From: Sphagnum compactum
Lineage: Eukaryota
Reading direction: 5' to 3'
Assembly (NCBI GenBank): GCA_965153455.1
Contig: OZ234493.1
Location: 35,082,213-35,146,212, forward strand
DNA: 64,000 nucleotides
The notes below the pieces were generated by a model. It searched no databases, had not been told where the DNA came from, and saw only the letters and a list, made by a program, of their open reading frames with translations. The position numbers and the translations under genes were made by a program. Positions 38,661 through 53,750 of the stretch are shown here, piece by piece (positions within the stretch are counted from its first letter, which is position 1; every line of letters starts with the position of its first letter).

Positions 38661-40879
38661 TCATTTTTTGATTTTGTATTTAGTCATGATGTCTTTCTCC
38701 TTATTTTTTGAATAATTTTAACTTTGTGGTTTGTTCTAATGTTAAAGCCTACTTTAGAATGTAAGATGCCCCTCATATCTCTTGGGCAATATTACCCAAG
38801 ATATATTGTGTTGTCTAAATCTTTTAGGAAAATTCTACCAAATTTCAGTACATGGTTTTTAATCATCATATTTAATATTAGGTTCCAATAGGTGGCATAC
38901 AATGTAGAAGGATGTTTATTGCTTTAAAAAATTAATGTAATTTATAAAAACAATTGGCTAAACCTTCTTATGGATGTTTGTGATTGTAGCAACCTAAAAA
39001 TTTGGAAAAAAAAATTATAATAAAAAGTTGTGTCTATTTGTGCCATACATACCTACCTCTTCCATCCCTAAATATTTCACTCCTTTCATGTCCCCACTTA
39101 CATGGATATGAAAAGGCATATTAACATGTGCCACTTCATTTTCATATTATGATATTGAAATAATCTAATAACCTACCAAACTTGAAGCTTAACTACCTAG
39201 ACCTTTACTCACCTACACAAACATGAAATACACAATATAATTTTGAGATCCTAAATAAATAATGAAAAACTATTGGGAACCATGTGGGAACATGAGGGGA
39301 AAAAAATAGAAGGTGATTGGGATGCAATTAACATGGTAGAAACAAGATTACAAATAGATGCATTAAATGGATGATGTTACATTTTTTATTTTAATAAAAA
39401 GTTTATTGGTTTGAAAACAAAAATATAGTGTGAATGATTTTTTCATTATTACCCATGAATTTATTTTGAGATAGAAATGTGGTTTAATGTTCCCTAGTGG
39501 AATGAAGGTTGACAAGTTTTGAGACGATTAACCCAATTTTACTCATACTTTTCTCAACAAAATTGTTGTTATCGTAAAAAACATTTTGATAAATTATGAT
39601 ACCCATTGTTTGGCCATTAAAATACCTCATTCAACAAGGTGAAAATATTAATGTGGATGTCAATTCATTGTATATCCATGATCTTGGTAGTTTTAAATAT
39701 AGATCATGTGAAGGTTGATAGGTGTAAAACCACACAAAACACCCAAAAAATGCATATTTAATATGTCTACTATCAAGGAGAACTATAATCTAAAAACATA
39801 AAGTAAAACCTTTGAAAAATAAAACAAATGCTCAAGAAAACAATTGTTGAAGTAGTTATTGACTTGTTCATCTTTTTTGTGTTATTGTAAGTTGTACCAA
39901 AAAATGAAAAGTACCTTCATTATTGTGAAATTTTGTCCACCGCTGTTGCTAACCTCCTTGGTTGTTATATCATCTAATAACTTTTTGAGAAATAAATAAA
40001 AATAAAATAGAGCCATAATCTTCTACATCAAACAAACTAAATACTTTCATTTCACCAAGTCGAAACAACCACAAAGAAAAAGAAATATGGGTCACAACTT
40101 TCCATTAAACATTTTACATTCTTCCTTATGTAAATGAAATATTTTTCTTTTCTAGCCTTCTTAATCTCCAAGAAGTAACAAAAACAAATGAAGATTCCAC
40201 ATCCAAAACAATTAAAGAAAATGGGGCTCCAAAAAGGTTTCTCACCACCAATATACACATGGGTCTTTCCTTATTTTCCAAAATTTTCACCTTATTTTCT
40301 AAAGTCATCTTATCCAATCTTCTTCACAAATCTCTAGTTAATGACAAATTAGTTGTCAATCATCCTATCTTTAAAGATTTAATTAATCCAAGTTTACCAT
40401 TAATAATTAAGAAGTTACTAGGATGTCCACCAGGCTAATTAGATCATAAAATTTACGAACTAAAAAAATATTTTTCATTGAAATTCCACTCTAAAATTTA
40501 TCTCTATCTATTTATCCCTGAAAGCATTTCATGACAATAATCACCATAAGGTAACATTCACCTTAGTTGAAATGATGGAAACTATGGGTGTCCTCAATTA
40601 TTGTAATACCTTTTCAGTTTTGATGGTAATACTATTTTTTTTTAATTTTTTAATTTTTAAATATATATATTTGAATGATTTAAAGTTTAAAATTCTATTT
40701 ATCCATCAATTTTAAAAATTAGAAATTTATACAATTGTGTAAATTGTATTTAGGGTCTATCATTTTTTATATATATTTTATTCATTATTTAATAGGTAAT
40801 TGGTGGTATAAATAAATATCTTCAATAAAAGTAACATTTAATTGCAATGACATATGACCTTTGTTTCATCTTTTCTCCT

Positions 40880-42500
40880 TGAGGCCTTGGATGAGGATGT
40901 GTGCCACATATAAGTGTTCCCAAAATTAAGGGATGTTCATATGGCTTTTGGCATCCTCTTAAGGTGTTTTATCCAATTTTATACTCTCATTCCTCATTTT
41001 TAGAGTTTTATAGTTAGACCTTTTTCTTTTTTTGATTTCATCCATGTTTTTGAAAGGCTTTTGAAACTATATTTAAAAAGTGTACAAGAGTTCCTTTAGT
41101 TTGTTGATAAACCATTTTCCCCATTTCTAAAGGGGGTTAGGTTTCATGTTTATCAAGGTCATTGCCTTGATGGCCTGCTTGGGGAGCTTGCAGTTTGTAG
41201 CCCCAACCATTATTTTTATTTTTTTTGTAGAATTGTTAGCCTTTTTTATTAGAGGTTATAAGGGCCAATAGTTTAGGTTCATTTTCATTTTAGGCCCATT
41301 TGAAGTTAACACATGACCTTTTCATTTTAGTAATGCATGTTTGCATCCCTCCTTTTGAATGATTTTCAAAAAAAGGAGTTGATTTGCAAAACTACATTTT
41401 AAAAAGTTTGCATGAGCCTTTTTTCTTCAATGTCATCTCTAACTTGTCTTTTGATCCTTGTTGCACTCACTTAAATTTGCACAAGCTTAGGTTTGGATGC
41501 TTGGATTACTATTTGCCCAATTATTCGATCATTTCATATGGTTTCAATTTTTTTTTTTTTAACACTACTCACCAAGTTGGACCTCCCCCATCCAATAGTT
41601 AACAGTTTGGTTTAATGCATTTGTGACAAGCCTATATACTTCATGAGGGTACATACACTTAATGTGATGTTCTTATGGGGAATGCATTGCTATTCAAATG
41701 ATGTTGGAGATACTTTTGTTTCCATTGCTAGAAATGTTGAGTTTCATGTTGCATGTGAACAAACGTATGATGTTGTCTCATTGCACTCCTTTTAGTTTTT
41801 GCATCGATAATTAATATTATATTCATTTTAGATGGGGCCTACACTCTAGTTAATGTTGTCATTGTTGATTCCACTCAAATAAATTTAATTGTACAAGTTG
41901 TCATTTCTCAAGAAATGATTGCAACCCAGGCAAAAAAACGAGCTATACCACGATGGGCACACCGTAGATGTGTTTCTTCCTCTTGCCATAGAAATATTTG
42001 AGTGTTGACACCAACATGCATACAAACCAATTTCCTTCATCGATTTTCTAACATCGAAAACCATCATCACTTGCATACAAACCAATTTCCTTCATCGATT
42101 TTCTAACATCGAAAACCATCATCACTTGCATACAAACCAATTTGCTTCATCAATTTTCTAACATCGAAAACCATCATCACTTGCAAACAAACCAATTTGC
42201 TTCATCAATTTTCTAACATCGAAAACCATCATCACTTGCATACAAACCAATTTGCTTCATCAATTTTCTAACATCGAAAACCATCATCACTTGCATACAA
42301 ACCAATTTGCTTCATCAATTTTCTAACATCGAAAACCATCATCACTTGCATACAATTCTCTTCTTCATGCAACCATTGAGGGTTGGTTTTAGATCCTATG
42401 TTGCTACTTTAACCTCTTTTGATGGGTTCTTGTTGAACTCTCTTGCAACTCCGATTAATGCAATTACACTTTTGGGTGCTATCAATTGGTAGGATGTTGG
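40880..42500 (+). mobile_element. Decayed non-LTR retrotransposon, RLE (restriction-like endonuclease, CRE-like) 3' portion
   Basis: Broken frames give, in the expected order, FPISKGG-LG (post-RT motif), CICDKPIYFMRVH (zinc knuckle), DGAYTLVNVVIVDSTQ and VFLPLAIEIFEC*HQHA (RLE core). Confidence 0.6.
42017..42355. repeat. Six near-identical 55-bp tandem repeats
   Basis: Unit GCATACAAACCAATTT(C/G)CTTCATC(G/A)ATTTTCTAACATCGAAAACCATCATCACTT starts at 42018, 42073, 42128, 42183, 42238 and 42293, plus 8 bp at 42348. Confidence 0.97.
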
Positions 42501-43184
42501 TGCTCTCTTTTTGTGTCTCCCTTTGCCTTTCGGAGTGGAGTGTTTGTGTTTTCAAAAATTAAGTTTGGCAGGGTTTTATGAAGATGGCCAAGGAAATGGG
42601 CTGCTGGTGGTCTTCGTATATTGAGCGTATACTTGTATTTCTACGGATGTAGGCAAAATACGTACCTATTTCTTTCTGCCGCTTAGGGCCTGGATTTCTT
42701 CATCCAAGTCAACAGCGGTGCGGTGGTATACCGCCCTCGCCACCTGGGCTGCGAAATGTCGGGCTTCCGCCGCCTGTCCTCGCTCTCCTCGGGCTCCTCC
42801 TGGCGGCGAGTGAGTTCCCTCGCGAGCCGCGAAGAAGAGGAGCGCGTGCACGGGCGCTTTGGTCGTTGTGTTTTGCAGCGAGAATTCGATGGCGTCAGGG
42901 AGAAAGAAGGGATAGGAACGCATTACTGACTGTAAAGCGAAATGAGAAGCTGTCGTTTTTTTTTTTTTTTTTCCTTCCGGAAGTCAAGACATTTAGTGGA
43001 GAATCGCTGCACAGTATTTATTTGTGCGAAATTGTCGCTCTGTCGAAGCAGACGAGTGTGAGGAGTGGAAGACGAGAACGAACAAGAACAGAAGTCGCAC
43101 CGGACAGTCGACAGAAATGTGTCCGTAGTTTTGGAAGAGAATCGGCAATCGTTTCGCAACTTTTGAAGGAGAGACTGAAGCATT

Positions 43185-46417
<3,233 letters not shown>

Positions 46418-47330
46418 GTTTTGGTGTCATGTCATTATGGTAGGAAATTATCTGGAGCTTGTAGATTTCAAACTGGCTTGCTCTGCCTATGGAGCCACAA
46501 AAGTGGGAAGTTAGTTCTTAGTCTCTCAGGAACATCGACTGGTGATGAGCAGTTTAAAGGAGAGTATCTCTGTTAAAGACTTAATGCAACATGTTCTCTA
46601 GAAAGAAAACTGTTTCATGTTCCAGAGAGAAGCATGATATCTTTGTGTCTATTGATCTCACATTCCTGGTTGGACAGTCAATTGGTATATGAGTTGGTTC
46701 AATCCTTGGTGTGGATCTTTGGCGTCATTTCTATGTCCAAGCAGATGGTTATGACAATGTTCACAAGGTGATTTGGGCACTTTTCTCAAGTGTTCCAATT
46801 GTGCTGTTGGAACCTGTGATCCACCCTAATCAAACTCTCATCAAGATAAGAGCTTCATGATTTCATAATCTGCTGTAGAATTGTTATTTATTTGTTGCAA
46901 TTTTATTGCTGTACTAAGAATCCGAGTGCAATTGCAGGTGACTGCAGAGTAATGGTGAAGGTTCTAAGATTCTTGGGGTTAAGTCAAGTGCAGATTCCAA
47001 ATCCTGGAGTTATCAGTACATTGGTTAGGGATATTCAGCTTGCAAGAGAATTCATGTTTCTTTGGCTACTGAAAAATTTCACTATGAATGGAGCATTGTA
47101 GTAGCGATTACTAGTTTCCAGTCTTGAATATTTGTGGTAGCTTCTTGCTGTTTTTACGCCGTTGCTTATGTTGGTTCTTTTGAGGAGAAAGAGTCAGCCT
47201 TTGTGAGAATCCTTGAAAGAGGATAGAACTAGTTGTTTTTCAAGGATTTTCTTTGGGAAAATTTGTGCACAAAATTTGCTCAATTTGGTTAATGAATGAG
47301 GAAAATATTGGAAAGGGTTTTGTGGTGTTA

Positions 47331-47814
47331 GAGCATCTCCAGCGGTGCTCAGTATGTGATCCTGCACAGTGAAAATGGATGAAGAAAATCCAACATATGC
47401 CGGTTTGACTCAGGAAATTGGTTTTGGCTCAGCATAACTGCGCAGGTTGCCGTCCCTGGTAAAAGGCTCAGCAGCGCTGTGCACCTGCCGAAAAGAGTGT
47501 AATAAATATGATCTAAGTGCTGCTCAGTGTTTCTGATTGGCCCATCATAATGATTGGTCCAGGTGGTTTGTTATTAGTAGTCAGTCACCTGCAAAAAAGA
47601 GTGTAAAAAAATATGATCTAACTGCTGCTTAGTGTTTCTGATTGGCACATCATAATGATTGGTCCAGGTGGTTTGTTATTAGCAGTCAGTCCCCCACCTA
47701 TTTGCTGTCCCAGTTTCAGTTTTATTGGTGGGGTTGCAAAAGAGTACATAACTAAACTTGGATGTGAAAAATATTTTGCACAGGGTCACATACTGAGCAC
47801 TGCTGGAGATGCTC
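47331..47814. mobile_element. Tourist-like PIF/Harbinger MITE, 484 bp
   Basis: 34-bp TIRs (GAGCATCTCCAGC(G/A)GTGCTCAGTATGTGA(T/C)CCTG) with 2 mismatches, a TTA TSD at 47328-47330 and 47815-47817, and an internal ~104-bp tandem duplication (47483-47691). Confidence 0.93.
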
Positions 47815-50800
47815 TTAGGTACATGTTAGGTGATGGGTAGTTCTATCCTATTAAGATTCTAGGTTAGTACATTGCCATGAAATCTCATTGTTACCTAAAA
47901 GGATGATTTTCAACTTTTCTAAAAAGATTTGCATGACTTCCATGCAACTTGTTACTCGAAACAATTATGTTTGTAGCTATTTTGATTTTTATTGCTAATG
48001 GCATCATTCATATCTATAAAAAATACTTTCAAAACAGCTTTAATATTTTGAATGAATTTTATAATGTTTATTAGTGTTGATTGAAACATAGAACTTTAAA
48101 TTTTAGAACACAAATGAATACCATATGAATGAATGATATTCCAAAATAGGTTATAAAGATGTTCTATGCAAAGGGGAAAAAAAAAGCAAAGAAATTGAGT
48201 TTTGGTATGAGTTATGGGGTCAAAGGTGCCATAAGCAATTGAACATTGTAAGAAACTTAGCCATGGAACCCTAGAAATATAAATTTGAATGATAAAACCT
48301 ATACTTTCAAAAAATTTTGGTAAGAGTGTCACTTGTTCATTAAATATTGACATTTGTATCTATGTATGTATTTATAGATATATACTTGTCATGTAATCTC
48401 ATTTAATATTTAAAATAAATTTATCAAAAAATACTGAAAATAGGTACTGATTAATATTTCAATATACGAGTATTATTAGTAAATTTACATGTATTATATT
48501 TTAGTCTTGATATATGAATAACTTAATCAAAATGATGGTGGGTCTAATTTGATGCCATATTAATGGTTTTGCAAAGCATTATTATGCACATACATTTACC
48601 TTAATTCATTTTCATAAAGGCAAGGCAATTGCACATTGTCTATTGCAACAATAAATTATTGCAAACCAAGTTAGTAAATTGATATAATCTATTCCAATGC
48701 TCCAAGCAATGGTTTTTTTAGGAATTTTTTTTTGTTTGTAGCCAAAGTGGCTATCATCCGTATGAAGATGTAGAAAAAATGGCCATCATCCATAAGAAGA
48801 TTTAGCCAAAAATAAAACCTTGTTGAAAAATCACACACACACACACCATAAACTTTTTGAGAACCTTACTTGGAAATCCACACACTAACTAAAACCTCAA
48901 GAGCGGCTAGAAACCTTACTGAAAAACCCATTGCTCACCAATTGGTTGGTCATGGGAAATGGAAACCGTGCCAATTTAGTGCACCAACACAACCAATGTT
49001 GTTGGTGGTTACCAACCTGCTATTGTTGCAAACCCCACCAATCTAATGAACCCGCACCCACACCCCTACCCACATGCACTTGGAAACCTCTTGTTGTTGT
49101 CAAACCCTAGGCTAGAACTTGAACATAAATAGGAACACAACCTAAACACCACACATGAACTACAAAGTAAAAACCTAAACGATTGGTACAATACTAGACT
49201 TGCTTGAGCAATTTGCTACAATGTTGGACTTGCCTAAGTGTTTGTTACAACGTTGGACCTACATTCTCAATATTGGACACCTTCCAAAACAATCACATTT
49301 AACAACAATGATGATTTTAAGGTTTAGGTGAAACTTACTTTAACAATATTTAACCAAGATTGAGAACATACCCAACTTTGAGTATGGTATTTTTTAGATA
49401 TTTCCAAGGTTATGAAATGGGTATATTTTTCCAAATTTATATACCTTTTTATTATGCATTTGATTAAGATATATTGATTCAGAGTAAAGTAAATATTATA
49501 AACTATTTCTACCTGACAAACATATTCGGGTAATGATATACCCACACAACAATGGAATATTTTTGAAGATTCAATATTTTTTTTAGAAAATTTTGTAATT
49601 GGGGAAAAACAAATTACAATTCAACATTTTTATAAATATATAATTAATGATGAAATTGCCAAATTATTATGGTATACAATGAACTTTTTTTAAATATTAT
49701 ATGTTAGGTCATTAGCTAACATCCCAAGAAAGATTTAGCATTAAATGGTGACTTTTTTTTAATATTTTAAAATAGTAATAAAATTAGTTTAAAAGTTGCT
49801 ACCAAACTAAAAGCGAAATTCAAATGTGGCAAAAAAAATTAATCTTGAAATTTTGCAACTTTTATTATATAAAAAATTTGTGACATATTATTCCCTTTTT
49901 ATTTTTTTCATTTTGGAAAATTTTTGCGCCACAAAAACATTAATGGTATATTGTGTTTTTTGGGTGAAAGCACATTAAAGGTGAACCATTTTAATGATGT
50001 ATAACAAGTATTATAATACACAATAAGCTAAAATCTTGATGGCATCCTTTGACTATTATAAACACAAGCAAAAAACTTTAGAATTTGCACAACAACATTT
50101 TAAAACTCAAAATTTACTTTGAGTCAAAATTAATCTTGATCCAATGGTTAAATGAAGACGATTGGATAAAATCAATGTACATAAAACATATAGTTGATAG
50201 TTTTTCAACGGCCATAGGGCTCATGTTTATGGTTCATGACATATTACCAATTTTTTTAAAAGAAAAAATAATCCAACGCCCATTTATAAAATTTCCTCCT
50301 CTTTGATATGGTAGTGGTGTCTCCCTAAAAAAATAATATTATTATGCATGCATTGGTAATTAACAAATACAAAAAAACACATTTCTTAAATGAAATTTCA
50401 TTCAAAAATATTTAATTTATAAATTATCCTAGATTTTATTATTGTATTTCAATATCATACACCATAAAAAAATTCACCCAAGAATTCCATTGACAACCCT
50501 AGTTTTAAAGTATATATTCCAAATTTCAAATTCTATGATGGGTATTATTTTGTCATAGATATATTCTACACATTCAAATTCTTCAATAGTTGTTGAATTT
50601 TTTACCTTGTCTACATTAGGTTTTTTTGTGTGTAAAAATATGCCAAAATGAAAAAAAAACACAAGAAAAAAATGTTCTACAACAATATTCCCATTATCTA
50701 AATTCTTTTCTCACATTTTGAACAAAATTGAAATTTTTTTTCCTCATTTGGAATATGATTTTAATTTCGAAGCATTTTTTGAATTTTTTTTACAATTCTA

Positions 50801-50865
50801 ACAAGTTTTAAAAACGTGTTATCATTTAATGTTGAACTAGTTTGAACCCTGTGCCTAATGCACAG

Positions 50866-51288
50866 GATCAGTTGACGGGGAAGCTCCTAGGAACCAAGAC
50901 ATCGGCGGGGTTTTTACCTCTGTTCGCGCGTGTCGCATCAGCCGAACAGGCGGCGGCTGTGGCTGCTACATTAGAGAGATGGCTGGACTGCGTCAAGAAT
51001 GGCATCCCCAGCTACGACCCAGAGGCTGCAAACTTTGAACCCCTGCGTTACTAGCGTGGACCCGTGTGGGCGATCATCAACTGGATGATCACTGATGGCT
51101 TGCGTCCTTATGGGTATGAGGATCTTGCGTGTCGTGTTGAGGCTGACACTTACGAACTCCTGGTCTCGCATGGGATCAGTGAGTATTATAACCCTGTCAT
51201 TGTTGCGGCTGCTGGTGGCAAGCTCTTCTCGTGGACTACTGCCATGTGCTTGGCCTGGCTCAGCAAAATTGCTACACCAGCTTGCTAG
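50866..51288 (+). pseudogene. C-terminal fragment of a GH63 mannosylglycerate/glucosylglycerate hydrolase-like glycosidase, with an in-frame stop
   Basis: One frame reads ...TSAGFLPLFA...GIPSYDPEAANFEPLRY*RGPVWAIINWMITDGLRPYGY...GISEYYNPV...GGKLFSWTTAMCLAWL. The TAG at 51052-51054 replaces the W of the YWRGPVW motif. The N-terminal part of the protein is absent. Confidence 0.85.
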
Positions 51289-52507
51289 AACGTTGGTTAT
51301 CGCACTAGCAGCAAGCAGCCCACAAAACACAAAACAGCCTAGGTTCATGGAAGATGATTATGATCAGCTTCCATCTGATCAGCAAAACACGAATCCCATA
51401 AACCTCACAATCATTTAAGAGATCTGCAAGCTTCACTTCACCCATGAACTCCTCACCATTTCTATCAAACTTGCAGATATAGAAAATCTGCAAAACTCTC
51501 TTTCTGCAAACCTTTCTACAAAACTTAATCTGAAACCCAAGTAGTCTATCTACATAATGGTAGATTCAAGCCCTCTCTCTTCCTTCAAGATGAAAAGGAA
51601 GGTGGCATTTAACCTAGGACAATGATGAAGCTGCCCAAGCTTTCATGAGATGGGTTTGGTGGCTTCTTCTTCCTTTGTTTTTTTAGTTTTATAGGGACAT
51701 GGATGAACCCCGTGCCTAATGCACAGGTGTGTATGTGTCAGCAGCAATTCAAGCTTGCTCTTCTTCTGCTTCCACCAGTTATATAACATTTTCCGGTAGT
51801 TGAAGCTAGTGGGAACAGAAATACTACTCATTAGGCTCATCGACGATATCTTTCCTTCAGACCCATATCTCCTGCTGATCAAGCCGCTACACCTGCTCCT
51901 CGTGTTTGCCCTCGCTTCGCCTCGGAAGCTGACCATATGCATCAAGAAGCTTTAAAGCTTTAAAGGTTCGACAACCTTAAAAACCTCAAACAACAGTTTG
52001 TTGCCTGCCCTCTTTCTCTCTCTCTAATTTATCGGTTTCCCATTACCCAACAATCCAAAGTCCTGCAGGGTAACAACAACAATCAAGCTACAGCTTCCTG
52101 CGATATGTGCAAAAGAAATGTTGCAACAAAGGATGATGATCACGTCTACACAACTCCACGAAGAAAAAAACAAATTGTTTCTTCTTCTAACAACAGAACC
52201 CAATGAGGAGAAATCAAAGTGTGTGTAGTAGAAGCTTGCGTCTTCGTCTTGAACTTCTTTTGCTGGTTGTCGCTTAAGAAGTAGACTCCTTAAATAGGGA
52301 CATGGATGGAGGGCCATTCCTGGTTTATTTCCTTCCCATTTTTGGTGGGCAGAAAGCTACAGTGTTAGACTCAGTAGAGGGATGGTGTGCAGCCGGCAAC
52401 CTCGAAGCTTCCAGGGTGTCGATTCGCATGGACGACCAGACAGATGGAGAGAGGGACGACGGGACGGATTTAGGGGAAGCTTCATTTAACATCCCGACGT
52501 CCTTTAC

Positions 52508-52936
52508 CAGGAAATTGACGACGACGCAGAACAAATGGCCAATTAGTCCCGGAGGGGGACATGATGATGCGGGGTATGAACACACGTTTGCTGACATTGT
52601 TCCCTGTGATGATCTCCGCTTCAATGACATGTTGACCCAATCTCTTGACAATCAACCTTGTACCATTGCACAATCCTATTGATTGATTGAGATTGCGCAA
52701 CAAAAGGATTGGCACGCCCACTTTGAGTTCCAGCTTATGATTTGCAATATCGCTGAATTGCAAAGTGTTTAGAAATTCCATCGGATACAATGAATCCATT
52801 GAAACTCCTGCAGCAGCACTTGCACCTTCTTCTGTTGGAGTCAAAGAATTTACGCTCAGGTACGTGTGCAATTTTTCAAATAGCGATTCTAGAATTGCAT
52901 TGTTGACTTCATTGATGTCAGTATTTTTGGTGGGCA
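52508..52936 (-). pseudogene. Helitron RepHel PIF1-family helicase fragment
   Basis: Reads KNTDINEVNNAIL...TYLS...LYPMEFLNTL...HKLELKVGVPILLLRNLNQSIGLCNGTRLIV...RVFIPRI...WPFVLRRRQFP. Truncated right after QFP. Confidence 0.92.
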
Positions 52937-53154
52937 GAAAGCTGCAGTGGGGATGGTGTGCAGCAGGTAACCTCGGAGCTTCCAGGGTGTCGATTCGCTA
53001 GTCTGAACCCCGTGCCTAATGCATAGGTGTGTGTGCATTTGACAGTACATATTACAAAATTGCAATCTCAGTAGAGGGATGGTGTGCAGCAGGCAACCTC
53101 AGAGCTTCCAGGGTGTCGATTCGCTAATATACCCCATGCCTAATGCACAGGTGT

Positions 53155-53750
53155 GTGTGCATTTGACAGTACATATTACAAAATTATAATTACAAACTAT
53201 ATTTCCAAAACCTCTTTATATACGACATTTCGCATGAATCTATGGAAACCCTGGCCGCTGAAAATCTTGATGTTTGCACTACTTGTGACGGGTGAACCGG
53301 CACCCACACTAGTAAAAACCCTGAAATTTTTTAGGATGCTTCTAACCCTGGTAAATATGGTATCCTTAATACTAAATAAGTACCCCAAGTTTATATGGTG
53401 ACAAACAGTTTTGGAAATAGAATTTTCATGCAGCCAACAGGAAGGCTCAGCGTGCATTTGACAGTACATGGTACAAAATTACAATTACAAACTACATTTC
53501 CAAAACCTCTTTATATAGGACATTCTGCATGTACGTATCAAGACCTTGGCCGTTGAAAATCTTGATGTTTGCACTACTTGTGAAGGGTGAACTGGCACCG
53601 ACACTGGTAAAAACCCTAAAAAATTTTAGGATGTTTCTAACCCTGGTAAATATGGCATCCTTAATACTAAATAAGTACCCCCAGTTTATATGGTGACGAA
53701 CAGTTTTGGAAATAGAAAATTTCATGCAGCCAATGGGAAGGCTCAGCATG
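53155..53750 (-). repeat. ~295-bp tandem duplication containing the extreme C-terminus of Helitron RepHel
   Basis: Both copies encode (V/F)TSSANIKIF.GQG...M.NV(V/L)YKEVLE(I/M)* (ORFs ending at 53197 and 53492), matching the SRVTS...NVVYKEVL end of Helitron helicases. Confidence 0.85.

Noticed and set aside
42017-42355. CRISPR array
   Set aside because: The units are contiguous 55-mers with no unique spacers; there are no cas genes and the context is eukaryotic.
50866-51288. Bacterial contamination or a functional GH63 gene
   Set aside because: It is a short fragment with a stop in the YWRGPVW motif, joined to a Helitron terminus within plant-type repeats.
52482-52871. Host PIF1 helicase gene or autonomous Helitron
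   Set aside because: No Rep (HUH) domain or helicase motif I is seen; the fragment is truncated at QFP and fused to terminal-like sequence.
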